In this document: piece by piece, positions 9,589 to 20,032 of the stretch
Position numbering within the stretch: position 1 is the first letter of the stretch
Layout: the number at the start of each line of letters is the position of its first letter
Source of the DNA: a virus
Taxonomy: Duplodnaviria; Caudoviricetes
Length of the DNA: 64,000 nt
IMG/VR virus record: IMGVR_UViG_2537561663_000008
Reading direction: 5' to 3' (one strand)
Made by a program: the position numbers and the translations under genes
Notes under the pieces: generated by a model
Databases searched by the model: none
Told to the model about the DNA's origin: nothing
What the model saw: only the letters and a program-made list of their open reading frames with translations

Positions 9589-9933
9589 TTAATTGTCATA
9601 CCAGCCTTCGATTTCATCGAAATAGCCGTTCGAGTCCCATTCTTCCAGCAAGGTGCCCGGGTACGTCCATTCCAGGCTGTAGAACAGATCCTGGCACACT
9701 TCTTCATTACCTTTGCACAGGGCGAGCAGGGAGTTATGCGTGAAACAGCCGTCACTGTTCTCCGGCACACGCCACCCCTCATGATCTTCCGCCGCGTATT
9801 CAGGAACATAGCATACCTCATCGGGGCGGTTGAGAAAGGCATCCTCGTTCTTGTAGATGTTTCCCTCCCCGCCGTATTCCAGCTCGTAGAACACGCCTTC
9901 CGGCATTTCCACCTTTTTACCGATCTCTATCAT
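9589..9933 (-). CDS. Hypothetical acidic protein
   Basis: 114 aa ORF. Confidence 0.7.
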   Translation of the reverse strand: MIEIGKKVEMPEGVFYELEYGGEGNIYKNEDAFLNRPDEVCYVPEYAAEDHEGWRVPENSDGCFTHNSLLALCKGNEEVCQDLFYSLEWTYPGTLLEEWDSNGYFDEIEGWYDN

Positions 9934-10074
9934 TTCTTCCTTTATTTTAAGATTAGGTCCATCAGCAGCCGAAGGGGTGTAATATTCACCTCTTTTTTAG
10001 AAAAAAGACCGCCGCAGCCGTAGCCGCGACGGCCCGTCATCATTATGGCATGTGATGAACAGGTTCTATTTCCG

Positions 10075-10947
10075 TTATTCGTCCTCGTAGTACGGTACGC
10101 CGTGTCTTACCGCTGCTTTTTCCATTTCTTCCCACCAGATTTCATTATGGCGGTCGTTGTCAAAATCTATGGGCTTGCTTTTACCGAGCCGTAGCCGGTC
10201 CCGTGTCTCCATCTCCGTTTCAAATACAATCTGTTCCATCTCTTCATCCGTAACATGGTAGGTGTTGAACGGCTCCGGCAGGGATTCCAACTCCCTGCGT
10301 GACAGCCCGGATTGCCCGCAGGTGAAAACCTTGTCATAGAAAGCGTCATCTTTCGGCGGCAGTTCGGGTTCCTGTTCCGGCAGCACATCCAGATAATCCG
10401 ACTCGTACAGGTAGTTCTCGTCGCGTCCCTGCGTCTGCCGGTTGTTCTCAAATTCTTCCAGGTCACTTTCCGTCAGGCGGAATTCCTTCTTCTTGCGCCG
10501 CAGGTACTCCATCATGTTTTCGAGGGAGGAGAACGGGGCTACAAGCTCCATGGAAGAACGGCTGTGCCAGGCGTCGCTCCGGTACAGCAGGTAGACCTGC
10601 GGGCGGTTCCGGGCCGCCTCCTCGCAGTATTCGCCGAACTCATACAGGGCGTTGTCGAAACTTCCGAATGCCAGCCTGATTTTGTCCTCGACGGATACGA
10701 ACTCCCGGCATTCCTCGAACCGGCGTTGCACGTATCCGATGAAATCCGCATTTTCCAGAGACTCCATGACCGTGATGTCATCAGTCGAGAGTGCGATGTC
10801 GGCTCCCGCAAAATTGTCGGCTGACAGCACGTGCTTCTCTTCATTGTATTCGTCTTCCGCCTGGCAGACGGCCATGCCTGGCGTTTCCGCCTCGATCTCC
10901 ACAACCTTGCGGAGCGTCTCTTCGATAGCTATCCGGTATTTTTTCAT
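10075..10947 (-). CDS. Multidomain protein with N-terminal DpnD/PcfM-like domain
   Basis: MKKYRIAIEETLRKVVEIEAET...EDEYNEEKHVLSADNF. Confidence 0.65.
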   Translation of the reverse strand: MKKYRIAIEETLRKVVEIEAETPGMAVCQAEDEYNEEKHVLSADNFAGADIALSTDDITVMESLENADFIGYVQRRFEECREFVSVEDKIRLAFGSFDNALYEFGEYCEEAARNRPQVYLLYRSDAWHSRSSMELVAPFSSLENMMEYLRRKKKEFRLTESDLEEFENNRQTQGRDENYLYESDYLDVLPEQEPELPPKDDAFYDKVFTCGQSGLSRRELESLPEPFNTYHVTDEEMEQIVFETEMETRDRLRLGKSKPIDFDNDRHNEIWWEEMEKAAVRHGVPYYEDE

Positions 10948-12848
10948 TGTATGATGTTTATTTGTTTCAGTTCACGTTTGTAGTCTCTCAATGACGGCTT
11001 GTGCCCTTTCTCCCTTACGATCTGGCGCATCTGTGCAAAGGTGTATGCCTTCTCCATGTCCAGGCCGTAGTCCGTGGCGAATGCCGTCATTCCGATATAG
11101 CAGAAGCCGAACTTCCTGTGCAGCATGTCAGCCGTATAAGGAGTCATGTCTTCCGCCAGGGTTACGGGGACAGCCATTCCCCGGATCTTGAACTTCAAGC
11201 CCTCGATAAGGGTCCCGCAGTTGTCGCTGTGGTAGGTCAGGTCCCCGCGGCGGGCGCAGTAACCGATGGTCTCGCCCATGAAGGTGTTGCGGAAGATTTC
11301 CGTACGGTTCAGGTCCTTCAACTTCTCGACACCGTAATAGCAGACCGCCTGTACGGCTTTCAACGCTTTGTCCACACGGGGTTTGACAAAGCGGGGGTCG
11401 TTTTCCGCCACGATCTTTTCCAGCCACGTGCGGTGGAAGGTTCCGACAGGCACGTCGAACACCTTCTCCGGTGTGCAATATTTTGAATCCGACCGCGTCA
11501 TCATCAGATGTGCCGAGGACGGCTCGTATTGTTCTTTCAGGTAAAAGGCCAGACAGGTATTGCCGACTTTGCAGTAAGTATAGTCGTCACGGCTGTTTTT
11601 CAGCGACAGCATCGTGGTTTCCCCGCCGTAGAACTTCTCGGGCAGTCCGGTCTGTCGGCAGAACTCCGTGAGGAAATGTCCGGGGATGGCACGTGCATAA
11701 CTGCGCTCCCGGTAGCACTCCTTCGCCATTTGTGGGGTGATGAACCGTTTGGCAAAGTCACAGATATGGTGATGGCCGTAATCATACGCCGCCTGCGTGT
11801 TCGCGGAGGTCTGGAACTTTTTGGACATCTGGCGGAACCAGCGGAAACACGTCCCGTGCTCCATGCAGTAGTCGACAAATTCCCGCGTCCATACATTTTC
11901 AGGAAATTCGGGACAGTTGCCGTTTCTTCGGATGAATGCCTTGCACACTTCCACCGTGAGCAGGGATTGTTCAGTTTCCCCGTCGATATAGCAGTTCGTC
12001 TCCCGTTTGCTGTTATCGATGGCAATGACCAGTCTTTCCGGTGTCTTGAACCGCTTCGGCAACTCCCCGAACATGTAAGGGTGTTTCTCCATCAGCCGGT
12101 CCGCCAGCATGTCGTCCAGATATACCGACAACGGCTTGAAAAACTGGGGGGCTGTGATGAAGTTTTTCCCTTCGGTCGAACAGACAGCCGCATGGAGAAT
12201 CTCATAGGAATAGAACCGGGCGGGAACAAGCGAGAGGTCATGTTCCGCCATCTTGCGGTAGTATGCCGCAGTCTTGAAACGGGACGGCACGACGGCATCG
12301 GTAACCGTGCTCAATATTTTCATCCCGTCGAGCATCCCGTAATAGAACTCTTGAGTCTTTACCTCAACGGGGACATATCCGAGGATAAGCCCCGTTTTCA
12401 TGACGGCGTCTGTCCTGCTGTCCGTGTAATACGGGTCGTAAATATAGCTGCGCAAGGCCAGGTATGCCAGTTGCGCGTTCCAAAGGCGTTCAGGTATGAA
12501 GGCGAGAATGTCGAAATCCCCGCGTCCGTTTTGGATGACCGCTTCTGCCATTTCTCGGGTAACCATTGCTTCGGGAACAGCCGTGATATTCTTCGGTTTT
12601 TTGCGCGTGGCGTAGTCACAGACTGCTCCCGAACGGTACGCCTCCGGGATATTGCGCAACTCGAAGCTGTGCCAGCTCTCCGTGCTGCCCGCGATGATTC
12701 GTTCTATACGTTCGGGTGTGAGGAAACGTCCCGGAATATGGCTCAGTACCTCTATTTCCTTGCTTTCGACGGCTGCTTCCACGATCTCTTCCGTGAACAG
12801 GTGTTCCGGCAGCCATTCTATGGCCGATACGATGTTATTGTGCCGCAT
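10944..12848 (-). CDS. Large helical-repeat protein (DUF4116-like)
   Basis: Recurrent IPE/VP..(F/L).T.E..AV short repeats over 634 aa. Confidence 0.65.
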   Translation of the reverse strand: MRHNNIVSAIEWLPEHLFTEEIVEAAVESKEIEVLSHIPGRFLTPERIERIIAGSTESWHSFELRNIPEAYRSGAVCDYATRKKPKNITAVPEAMVTREMAEAVIQNGRGDFDILAFIPERLWNAQLAYLALRSYIYDPYYTDSRTDAVMKTGLILGYVPVEVKTQEFYYGMLDGMKILSTVTDAVVPSRFKTAAYYRKMAEHDLSLVPARFYSYEILHAAVCSTEGKNFITAPQFFKPLSVYLDDMLADRLMEKHPYMFGELPKRFKTPERLVIAIDNSKRETNCYIDGETEQSLLTVEVCKAFIRRNGNCPEFPENVWTREFVDYCMEHGTCFRWFRQMSKKFQTSANTQAAYDYGHHHICDFAKRFITPQMAKECYRERSYARAIPGHFLTEFCRQTGLPEKFYGGETTMLSLKNSRDDYTYCKVGNTCLAFYLKEQYEPSSAHLMMTRSDSKYCTPEKVFDVPVGTFHRTWLEKIVAENDPRFVKPRVDKALKAVQAVCYYGVEKLKDLNRTEIFRNTFMGETIGYCARRGDLTYHSDNCGTLIEGLKFKIRGMAVPVTLAEDMTPYTADMLHRKFGFCYIGMTAFATDYGLDMEKAYTFAQMRQIVREKGHKPSLRDYKRELKQINIIQ

Positions 12849-13425
12849 ACAGTTTCTTTTTAAGGTTGGATGAACGGACGATTCTCACAAGGCGGCACCC
12901 CCGGTAGACATAGAGTATCCTGGATTCCCGTTCGGCGAGTTCCTCAAGTCCCTGCCAGTGCTGCGGTGTATTTATCTTTTCGAGTCGGACATGGTTGTTC
13001 ACATACACCGTGATCGGTTTCATGCTGTCATGGGAGGGCGTATCTTCGACGAAGAGCGGCGGTTCACAGTGTTCTCCCTTGTCCATGAGATGCCATCTGC
13101 CGTTATCGAACAGGAGGCACGTGTCCTCCATGCGGCCGAAAATGTCTGCGTTGTCCGCGATGCGTGATGCGGATTGCCGCGGTGTTTCCCGTCCGTCACG
13201 GATCTTTGAAAAACAGTGGATGACATCGCCGGTTCCGGTCCATTTTCCATAGGGTGACGGTCCCAGTTTTTGGATGTCGCCCAGCGACAGCAGGGCATCT
13301 ACCCGTTTGTCATTGGGATAGAACACCCGGAGTTTCCTCACAAGGTCTTTTGAAAGCGTCTCGTGGAGCGCCTTGATGTGCCGGACACTGCCGTCCGGCA
13401 ACAGTTTTCCGATTTGTATGCTCAT
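12835..13425 (-). CDS. Hypothetical protein
   Basis: 196 aa ORF. Confidence 0.7.
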   Translation of the reverse strand: MSIQIGKLLPDGSVRHIKALHETLSKDLVRKLRVFYPNDKRVDALLSLGDIQKLGPSPYGKWTGTGDVIHCFSKIRDGRETPRQSASRIADNADIFGRMEDTCLLFDNGRWHLMDKGEHCEPPLFVEDTPSHDSMKPITVYVNNHVRLEKINTPQHWQGLEELAERESRILYVYRGCRLVRIVRSSNLKKKLYAAQ

Positions 13426-13555
13426 AATAGTGCTATCTCTTGTTGTTGAAGTATAGCCGGGTCGTCCTTCTTTCGATTGACAGTCCGGCTTGAAAATTAT
13501 GATTTACAGAAGTCTTCGGACCGGTATCCGGCCATGTCCGGCCCGAAACCGCGTG

Positions 13556-14224
13556 TCATTCCGTCCTGTCGTCTTCCTGTCTTTTCATTTTCAGTTCCCT
13601 GCCGGTTGCCGTGCGGCAGAGCGGCAGTTTCCCGGAAGCGGTTTGCTTGCATCCCTCGACGAGCCGTCCTTCGGACACCATTTTCCCGTACGTTTCCATG
13701 ATATAGCGGTATGCCGGGGAGGTGTTCGAATAAACGAACTTCCCACGGAGTGTCTTGACACGCAGCTTTTCGACGAGTATTTCCAGCACCGGCTCCCGGC
13801 TCTTGTACAGGTTACGGCGCTTGGTGCGGAAGGCATCGAGAAAGACCCCCCCGATAGTCATGTCATGAGTCTTGTGGTAATACGCGAGTTCTTCCTCCTC
13901 CGTCAGGTCGAGAATCTCGCCGTAAGTGTCAGTACGCAGGTACTGGAAGGTCGTTCCTTGTGCCAGAATCTTCTCGATAAGCTCCATGTGCTCTTTAAGA
14001 ACAGGGCCCGATAACGATTGGGGATGACAGTACAGGCATGTCTTTCCGAGGTACACCTCGGGACAACCGTCTTTGTATTTGTTTTCCTTGATGCTGAACC
14101 CTGTTTCCGTGAAAAGGCGCTTTACCTCGTCGAAGAAGCGTCCGGCTTTCTCTTCCGGCATGCGACCGCCGTCATAGCCGGACTCGACGCGGAAGTATGT
14201 GTCGATATATATCGGTGTGTCCAT
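13556..14224 (-). CDS. Hypothetical protein
   Basis: 222 aa ORF. Confidence 0.7.
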   Translation of the reverse strand: MDTPIYIDTYFRVESGYDGGRMPEEKAGRFFDEVKRLFTETGFSIKENKYKDGCPEVYLGKTCLYCHPQSLSGPVLKEHMELIEKILAQGTTFQYLRTDTYGEILDLTEEEELAYYHKTHDMTIGGVFLDAFRTKRRNLYKSREPVLEILVEKLRVKTLRGKFVYSNTSPAYRYIMETYGKMVSEGRLVEGCKQTASGKLPLCRTATGRELKMKRQEDDRTE

Positions 14225-14305
14225 TTGCAGTTCTGATTTTGATATGTTATATAAAGCATAGCCAGGAACCTCCCGTTCGGGTTCCGGGCATCGTTGAAAA
14301 TATTC

Positions 14306-14896
14306 TCATAGACGTATGGAATCGAACACTTTGTCGATGTCCTCCTGCGCCAGCCCGATGTAGCGCCGGGTGGTTTCCAGGTTGGAATGGCGGAATATCT
14401 GGTTGAGCAGGATCAGGCCCTCGGCCGAGCGTCCCATCAGCTCGTAGACATAGCGCCCGAAAGTCTTGCGGAAGGTATGTGTGGAGAATGCCCTGATCGG
14501 CAGCCTGTACCTTACCCTGAATACCTTGAGCAGCCTGTTGATGTATTCCAGCGAGTAAGGTTTCCCGGTACGCGGGCTGAGAAAGATGTACTGTTCGGGG
14601 GCGGGTTGTCCGAGCATCTCGTACAGGAAACGGTTCTTCTCCTGCACGTCCCTGTTGAACTTGATCAGGCGGTTTTTCTTTGTTTTCTGCTCGATGCGGG
14701 TCATGGTGCTTTTTCCCAAGATGTCTTTCCAGCGCAGGGTCCTCACGTCGGAGGCCCTGCATGCCGTGCAGAACGACAGCCAGCAGTAGGTCTCCCACAG
14801 GTACTCGCCGTCCTTCTCAAGCCCGCGGACCAGCCTGTTATATTCCGCTATGGGCAGGTAGTCGGCTGTCGTCAGTTGTCCCTTGATTCTTGTCAC
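14306..14896 (-). CDS. Tyrosine recombinase, catalytic domain only
   Basis: CRASD (R), K, HTFRK (HxxR), FRHSN (H) and TRRY (Y) catalytic residues; no arm- or core-binding domain. Confidence 0.9.
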   Translation of the reverse strand: MTRIKGQLTTADYLPIAEYNRLVRGLEKDGEYLWETYCWLSFCTACRASDVRTLRWKDILGKSTMTRIEQKTKKNRLIKFNRDVQEKNRFLYEMLGQPAPEQYIFLSPRTGKPYSLEYINRLLKVFRVRYRLPIRAFSTHTFRKTFGRYVYELMGRSAEGLILLNQIFRHSNLETTRRYIGLAQEDIDKVFDSIRL

Positions 14897-14907
14897 GTGG
14901 CAGCCTT

Positions 14908-15807
14908 TTAAGATTCCGGCAACCCTTCCGAGAGCATCAGCTCGGCCAGCGCCCCGTTCTGGGGAATCATGGCCGGGATGTCCGTACGTCCGGGCTTGTA
15001 GATTTCGGTTGCCACGTTATAGATATCCCACGCCGTGAGCGTCTTCTTCTCTTCGGCGAGTTTGAGCAGGTCCTCGGTGAAGATGGAAATTTGGGACTGG
15101 TTCAGGGGATAGGTCTCCACCTTGGACGAAAGACGCTTGTCGGAACTGTCATGCGATACGCGCAATGCTGTCAGCAATCCGATGTAGGCGTACATCTCCA
15201 CCGGGGTAATTACTTTCGCTTTCAGGCGGCGGATGCGTTCCCTGTCCTCGTTCATCTGTACCTCGAAGTTCGAGAGCCACTCGTCTACACGACCGAAAAG
15301 CTCTTCGGTGGAGACTTTGTCTTTCCCGTAGTTAGACACGCTGCGTTCGGGGGAGAGGATGCACTGGTTGTGGCACACCCTGACGCACGGGCCGATGGCC
15401 GCCTGGATGCCGTCCTGATGGAAGGCGATGACAATCGTTGTAGTCAGCTCGTCCGTTTCCCATTCCTTGATGCGGATGGTCGTATAAACGCGGCGCAGGA
15501 TATGCGCCTCGACGGCCATCGCCCCGTACTTTTGTTCCACCTGGGGCAGGACGACCACGCCGGGCTGTGCCTTGTTCTTGTTCTGGGCGGCGAAGATTTC
15601 CTCCACCTCGTAGTTCAGGTTGTGTTTCTGGCAGATGCCCGCCATGCGCTCTATCACCTCGTAATGGTAGATTCCCTTGAGCGGGTTGCCATAGATGTCA
15701 TTTTCCTTGTGTGTGCGCCGGAGCGTGTCGAGCGTCATCACCTCGACGTTGTTGTTCTGGAAATCGAACTGCACGGGGGCAGCCGTTGTTGCTAATACTG
15801 TTGCCAT
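14908..15807 (-). CDS. DUF932-like protein
   Basis: AFHQDGIQAAIGPCVRVCHNQCI resembles the DUF932 core (R.VC.NG-type motif). Confidence 0.55.
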   Translation of the reverse strand: MATVLATTAAPVQFDFQNNNVEVMTLDTLRRTHKENDIYGNPLKGIYHYEVIERMAGICQKHNLNYEVEEIFAAQNKNKAQPGVVVLPQVEQKYGAMAVEAHILRRVYTTIRIKEWETDELTTTIVIAFHQDGIQAAIGPCVRVCHNQCILSPERSVSNYGKDKVSTEELFGRVDEWLSNFEVQMNEDRERIRRLKAKVITPVEMYAYIGLLTALRVSHDSSDKRLSSKVETYPLNQSQISIFTEDLLKLAEEKKTLTAWDIYNVATEIYKPGRTDIPAMIPQNGALAELMLSEGLPES

Positions 15808-15876
15808 AATGATTGATATTAAAAAAGTTATACAATAAGAAAGGCGGTGAACCGTTGTCCATCGCCTTTCCGGAAT

Positions 15877-16662
15877 TCATTTTGCGGTTTCAGGCAGGTA
15901 ACACCTGCATATCAGGTCCGTGATACTCGGGTAATACACGTTGCCATAAGTTCCGTATGGTCCGAAACGGGCAAGGAAGCGGAAGTAAAAATCTACCGGA
16001 CGCCGGTAGCTCGTCTGTATTTTGGTTTTCAGCAGGCGGTAGGCGTACCCGTCAGAATTTTCCACCTTGACCTTGCGCCCGTTGAAATAATAGTTTCCCT
16101 CCTTATCTGAAGAAAACGATACCTCTTCCTTTGCCGGACGCTCGCCGGTAACGACCCTGAAGAAGTCCCCCAGGGAGCGGCAATCCTGGTATTCTACCGG
16201 AATCGTGTCGCCCTCTCGCAGTTTCACGTCCAGCTTGTCAAGCAGTGTCTTGATGGCGGGCGTGTAGATATTTTCGGATTGGAAGCATCTTGTATCCCGC
16301 CAATATTTTTCGAAAAGAGAGCCGATTTCAAGGAGCAGGAACAGGGTTTCACGCGTTGTTTGCGGTTTATCGGCCAGATACGGAATATACTCGGTCACCA
16401 GTATGGAAAGTGAAAGATACTCCTCCGGTTGCAGTTCGCTCTTCTGGTGCAGGTTACAGTGCCTCTCGAGCAGGGAGTCGATGTCGGCTTCCCGCAAGCT
16501 TTCGTCCGTCCATGCCAGGCAGCCTTCTTTCTTGCAGGCGGGACATTTATCCGCTCCATACGGCAGGAGCATCACCTTGCCGCAATCGGAACAGGTGACC
16601 AGGTCGCCTCGTTCCGTATAAACATCTACCGTTTCCATTCTCAATCCTCCGCGTAAGGCCAT
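15877..16662 (-). CDS. Zinc-ribbon hypothetical protein
   Basis: CSDCG...CPACK. Confidence 0.7.
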   Translation of the reverse strand: MALRGGLRMETVDVYTERGDLVTCSDCGKVMLLPYGADKCPACKKEGCLAWTDESLREADIDSLLERHCNLHQKSELQPEEYLSLSILVTEYIPYLADKPQTTRETLFLLLEIGSLFEKYWRDTRCFQSENIYTPAIKTLLDKLDVKLREGDTIPVEYQDCRSLGDFFRVVTGERPAKEEVSFSSDKEGNYYFNGRKVKVENSDGYAYRLLKTKIQTSYRRPVDFYFRFLARFGPYGTYGNVYYPSITDLICRCYLPETAK

Positions 16663-17453
16663 TCAAGGCAGCAGTCATTGCATACGGCCACGCCCTCGTC
16701 ACTCAGAATGTCAATATCTGTGCCCCCACATTCGGGGCATACCGGTGCCTTTTTCTTGTCCATTCGTCGCTCTGCCGCTTCTTCCGTCAGAAGCAGCGGC
16801 ACCCAGTATGCCGATGTGCCGAAATCCCGCATCCCGTTTTCATCCTGTATGGGTTCACAACCTTTCGTTCCCATGTATTTCTGGGAGTCCGGCCAGCACA
16901 CGGCACGGTAACACTTGTCCCGCTCGGGCGATTTGCCGGTATGGCGTATATAGTCTTCCTCGGGCACGTAAAGCGCCCCGTTGTCCCCGCTTTCCCATGC
17001 CGGGTAACCGGTTCCTTGCTCCTCGAAAGGAGCACTTTCCTCGGGAAATTCCACGAGCACATACAACTTGTCATCCCATGCAAGGGAACACTCGCCGCAG
17101 TGGAACCGGCTTTCGTGAATATCATAACGGATATTTTCCGAATTGCATTTCGGACAGATAATGTCTTTTGTTTTTACTTTCGGGAAACCCAGGATTTCTC
17201 CGGCAATGACTTCCATACTGGGCCAGAACAGCTGTTCGTAGTAATCGTCCGCCATCTTTTCCGCCAGATTCTGCATGTCGTCGTCGCTGATCTTTTCCAC
17301 ATCGAAACCTTGTCCTTCCAGGTCATCGCGGTGGACGGACGTGATGGGGAAATACCCGGCGTTCAGCTCCCGGATAAATTGTTTTTCCTCTTCTGTCGGT
17401 TCGGGTAAGTTGTTGAAATATTCCCTGAGCCGTTGATAAAGTTCTCTTACCAT
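16641..17453 (-). CDS. Hypothetical protein with two zinc ribbons
   Basis: CPKC..CGEC and CPEC..CNDC. Confidence 0.75.
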   Translation of the reverse strand: MVRELYQRLREYFNNLPEPTEEEKQFIRELNAGYFPITSVHRDDLEGQGFDVEKISDDDMQNLAEKMADDYYEQLFWPSMEVIAGEILGFPKVKTKDIICPKCNSENIRYDIHESRFHCGECSLAWDDKLYVLVEFPEESAPFEEQGTGYPAWESGDNGALYVPEEDYIRHTGKSPERDKCYRAVCWPDSQKYMGTKGCEPIQDENGMRDFGTSAYWVPLLLTEEAAERRMDKKKAPVCPECGGTDIDILSDEGVAVCNDCCLEWPYAED

Positions 17454-17474
17454 AATTATATTCCTGTTTTTAAT

Positions 17475-17690
17475 CTAATATCCACCAGTCGAGGACCAGT
17501 AGTTCCGGTCCATGATTTTTTCAAGTTCGAGGTCGGAACGTTCTTTCCAGAGGTCGAAGTCATCAAGCATCTCCGTTCCGTCCTCCAGAGAAAGCACCGT
17601 ATCCTCATTGTCAGACAGATAGTCTTGTATGTCATATCCGGACGGATAACGGTTTTCCCGGATGATTTCTTCTGCAGTTTCCTTGTCCAT
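17475..17690 (-). CDS. Small acidic hypothetical protein
   Basis: 71 aa ORF. Confidence 0.6.
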   Translation of the reverse strand: MDKETAEEIIRENRYPSGYDIQDYLSDNEDTVLSLEDGTEMLDDFDLWKERSDLELEKIMDRNYWSSTGGY

Positions 17691-17705
17691 TCGGTTGCCA
17701 TTTTT

Positions 17706-18242
17706 TCAGTTCGCCGGTATTGTAACCGGATTCATTTGTTTTGTCTTTTCCCTGTAAAACCTGTCGATGGCAAAGAAGTAGTCCTCCGCATCCCAATCAG
17801 TGCCCGCATGTCCAGTCTCGAATTCCTCCGCCCACCGGACGATCTCGGCATTGACAGCACGGGAATCCCTGTCCTCCCACAGGTTGTCCGCCCCGGCATT
17901 GTAGGCAAGGTCCACGACTGTCTCCTGCAACTTGTTGTTGCCGTTGCACTCCCTGCCGTTGGAACGCAGCCATAAGTCCACGTCGACGGCATCCTCTTCC
18001 GTCGTCCCGTTATGCAGGCACAGGCATTGCCCGTTGCCGTTATGGCATACGAGGACCGGCCGTTTGGTGTCGGGGCATATCCGTACCAGCAGCTCATTGG
18101 CGGCAAGTGTTTCTGTATCATGCCCATTGAGCATTGCAGGAAGCGCCTGGCTGACCAGACTCAGGATTTCCTGTTCCTCCTTTGTCCCGGACGGCTTGGA
18201 AGCCAACAGGTTCTGTATGCGTTTAAGAAGATTGTAAATCAT
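17706..18242 (-). CDS. Hypothetical protein
   Basis: 178 aa ORF. Confidence 0.7.
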   Translation of the reverse strand: MIYNLLKRIQNLLASKPSGTKEEQEILSLVSQALPAMLNGHDTETLAANELLVRICPDTKRPVLVCHNGNGQCLCLHNGTTEEDAVDVDLWLRSNGRECNGNNKLQETVVDLAYNAGADNLWEDRDSRAVNAEIVRWAEEFETGHAGTDWDAEDYFFAIDRFYREKTKQMNPVTIPAN

Positions 18243-18244
18243 AA

Positions 18245-19267
18245 TCAGCAGTCGTTATGTTCTTTCCAGATTTTACGTTTCTCGTCATAGCTTTTGTTTT
18301 TCCACCATATATTACAGGCATCTACAAATTCCTGATAACTTTCTTTAGGAGAAAAATCATCCTGACAATATCCTGTGATACGCTTCATTTGCCGGAAGTC
18401 AGTGGAACCCCACCATTCCTCCATGCGTTCTTTGAACTCTTTTAAAGTACAGAATGGCTGATGGTCCTCGCATTCGTCGCACCAGTTGTCATAGCGGTCT
18501 ATACCCGTGGTACCGATGAATGTACGGGCATTCGGTTCCACCCATGCCTGGGTCTGTATATTGTCTGAACCGCACTCCTCGCATACGACAATCCCGTCGT
18601 CATTGACATCAGCGGAGATGAACCCGTGTTCTTCCAGCCAGTGGGCAATCTCAAGCAGTCCCTCGGTCTGTACCTGTCCGATGGGCTCATCGAAATCCTC
18701 GCCGGCTTCGCCGTTGAGCGTGCAGAGCAGTTTGCCGTTCCCGTCGATGAAAAGTTCATAAACGGTCGCACTTTCATAACCGCCGTATCCGTAAAAAGCG
18801 GAATTGTGGACCACCACTATCGGGGAGGTTTCATACTCCGGTGATTCCACCTCCCGGTAATGTACGCCGCAGTTGCGGTAGAACGTGCCGATGATGTTGT
18901 TCTCCTTCTTCACGGCATTGCGGATTTTCTCCATAAGTAATCTTCTGATGGAGATGATACTGAGGTGCGCATAATCCTTACGGAGGCGTCTGTACACTTC
19001 CTGCTCGAAGTTGCCTCGAACAGAGTCGAAAGGGGATACGCCGGCGTTCTCCCGGATATGTTTGTCCTCGTTGAAGTTGTAGCGCCGACAGACAATATTC
19101 TTGACGCGGCGGAATTCCTCTCCGGCAAATTTGAGGATACTGTTCTCGCCTAGCGAAGTCGGAAAATAGCAGCGGGGCATGTGCGCTGTCATTTCACGGT
19201 AAAGTGCGTCATCGTCTTCCGGAAAGGTTCTGTCTGTTTCCGACTTTGTGGATTTTTTCTGTTCCAT
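18245..19267 (-). CDS. Multidomain hypothetical protein with zinc ribbon
   Basis: CEECG...CDECE. Confidence 0.75.
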   Translation of the reverse strand: MEQKKSTKSETDRTFPEDDDALYREMTAHMPRCYFPTSLGENSILKFAGEEFRRVKNIVCRRYNFNEDKHIRENAGVSPFDSVRGNFEQEVYRRLRKDYAHLSIISIRRLLMEKIRNAVKKENNIIGTFYRNCGVHYREVESPEYETSPIVVVHNSAFYGYGGYESATVYELFIDGNGKLLCTLNGEAGEDFDEPIGQVQTEGLLEIAHWLEEHGFISADVNDDGIVVCEECGSDNIQTQAWVEPNARTFIGTTGIDRYDNWCDECEDHQPFCTLKEFKERMEEWWGSTDFRQMKRITGYCQDDFSPKESYQEFVDACNIWWKNKSYDEKRKIWKEHNDC

Positions 19268-19326
19268 GTTGCTTGTTTTTTATCTGTAGTTGAACAATTT
19301 CCGGTTTGCCGCCCGTTGCATGGCGG

Positions 19327-19536
19327 TCACCATATTCTTATGTCATAATCTTTAAAATAGTATTCCAACTCTTTTAATCCTTCCAAAGAGTGCAGCTCGT
19401 TCTTTCCGGTCACTTCGATGTCGACGGATACTGCATTTTCATCTTTGATATTTACTTTGGCATTGTCAAACACGCATCTTACATATTCTTCAATGCATGA
19501 GGCAGGCAGGTTGTTTTTTACAATATTGAGTACCAT
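19327..19536 (-). CDS. Small hypothetical protein
   Basis: 69 aa ORF. Confidence 0.55.
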   Translation of the reverse strand: MVLNIVKNNLPASCIEEYVRCVFDNAKVNIKDENAVSVDIEVTGKNELHSLEGLKELEYYFKDYDIRIW

Positions 19537-19537
19537 A

Positions 19538-19756
19538 TTATTTATTGTTCATTAAATGTCTGTTACGTCCATAAACCGGGCACCGCTTGCGGTATCTGCA
19601 TTCGCCCCGGGCCGCGTCGGTATGCGCCCGGTGCCATTCATCCCAGCTCTTCACTCCATTGTCTGTAAGGAACATGATCAGTTGCATGCAGCAGAAACCG
19701 CGTTCCTCTCGTTTCCGGTCATGAAGGTTGGCCAGCCCGTTGTCCTTGAATCTCAT
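19538..19756 (-). CDS. Small hypothetical protein
   Basis: 72 aa ORF, Cys-containing. Confidence 0.55.
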   Translation of the reverse strand: MRFKDNGLANLHDRKREERGFCCMQLIMFLTDNGVKSWDEWHRAHTDAARGECRYRKRCPVYGRNRHLMNNK

Positions 19757-19767
19757 TTGGAGGATTA

Positions 19768-20031
19768 TTACAAGGAAATCATTTCCACGATGGCACGGAT
19801 CGTGTCATCCTCGAAATATCCCAGCGGAATTACCGCACAAGGAATACAGTCTTTTGAAAGCATGATATCAGGAATATACACGTTCTTTTCCGCATCAAAG
19901 ATGACGGGCTTACCCGTATCATCGGTCAGGTTCCATTTACCACCGTTGTGTTTCAGCTGTCCCATGACATAGCCGAGCATCTCGGATACTTCGGCATTTT
20001 CTTCTGGTTTAATCGTTTTACTTGTTTCCAT
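19768..20031 (-). CDS. Hypothetical protein
   Basis: 87 aa ORF. Confidence 0.65.
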   Translation of the reverse strand: METSKTIKPEENAEVSEMLGYVMGQLKHNGGKWNLTDDTGKPVIFDAEKNVYIPDIMLSKDCIPCAVIPLGYFEDDTIRAIVEMISL

Positions 20032-20032
20032 A

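Noticed and set aside
11508-12863. 451-aa plus-strand ORF (likewise 14890-15795, 21848-22786, 34556-35509, 42444-43418)
   Set aside because: Antisense shadows of better-supported minus-strand genes, with no recognisable motifs.
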